This document shows, piece by piece, positions 63,613 through 64,000 of a stretch of 64,000 nt of DNA. Origin of the DNA: Octopus vulgaris (lineage: Eukaryota); assembly GCA_951406725.2 (NCBI GenBank), contig OX597819.1, positions 115,134,001 through 115,198,000 of the forward strand, in the 5' to 3' direction. Under the pieces are notes generated by a model. It ran no database searches, had not been told where the DNA came from, and saw nothing but the letters and a program-made list of their open reading frames with translations. Position 1 is the first letter of the stretch. Every line of letters starts with the position of its first letter. Made by a program: the position numbers and the translations under genes.

Positions 63613-64000
63613 AAGATAATGAATATCAATACATTAAGTAGTATTAACATAAATACCAAGGAAATAATGACAAATTATAAGAAGGGAGATAAAACGGAAT
63701 ATTTTGAACATAAAAGACCCAGAATAAGCTTAAAAGACCACAAATCCAATTTTAACAATAATTCTAGCGTTAGATTAATCTGCCCAGGTAAGTCCGACCT
63801 CGGGAAAATAATTAATGCAATAATTGATGAATATATACACCAACACTCAGAAACCTGTTAAAATTAAGACTATGGTTAACACACAAGAAGTAATACATTT
63901 GTTTAATAAATTAGACAACAAAAAGAGTAAAAAACTTATACAAATTTATATAGATAGCTACTATTCCTCAATTAACCCTATATTACTAAATAAGGCCTTC
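63613..64000 (+). mobile_element. Penelope-like (Naiad-type) reverse transcriptase fragment, running off the window
   Basis: PRISLKDHKSNFNNNSSVRLICPGKSDLGKI, then after a frameshift NTQEVIHLFNKLDNKKSKKLIQIYIDSYYSSIN; matches the LKDHK-RLI-P-KS-G and FDI--FYPSI motifs of this PLE group. Confidence 0.7.

Overview
AT-rich, microsatellite-laden animal genomic DNA. The C2H2 cluster and SINE complement suggest an octopus or other coleoid cephalopod (inference). 1-28 kb holds three tandem C2H2 zinc-finger genes with 8, 10 and 21 fingers and single-exon CDSs, each preceded by a conserved promoter module and a probable non-coding first exon. 30.8-59 kb is a large inverted duplication (arms ~30797-42402 and ~45359-59040, spacer ~3 kb). 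It carries two head-to-head, near-identical 6-exon, 258-aa secreted chymotrypsin-like S1 proteases with an unusual Gly-|-IVGG activation site. The rest is dense mobile DNA: mariners, tRNA-SINEs, CR1-, RTE-, R4-like and Tx1/L1-like LINEs, a Helitron, MITEs and a 5S pseudogene. The most striking unannotated signal is a set of short fold-back elements, mostly inside (TA)n tracts, whose loops contain hammerhead-ribozyme cores. Several cores are intact and one has type II topology. Penelope/Naiad-like RT and endonuclease relics lie in the same window, pointing to a Penelope-type ribozyme-retroelement system. All calls were made by eye; no folding or database searches were run.
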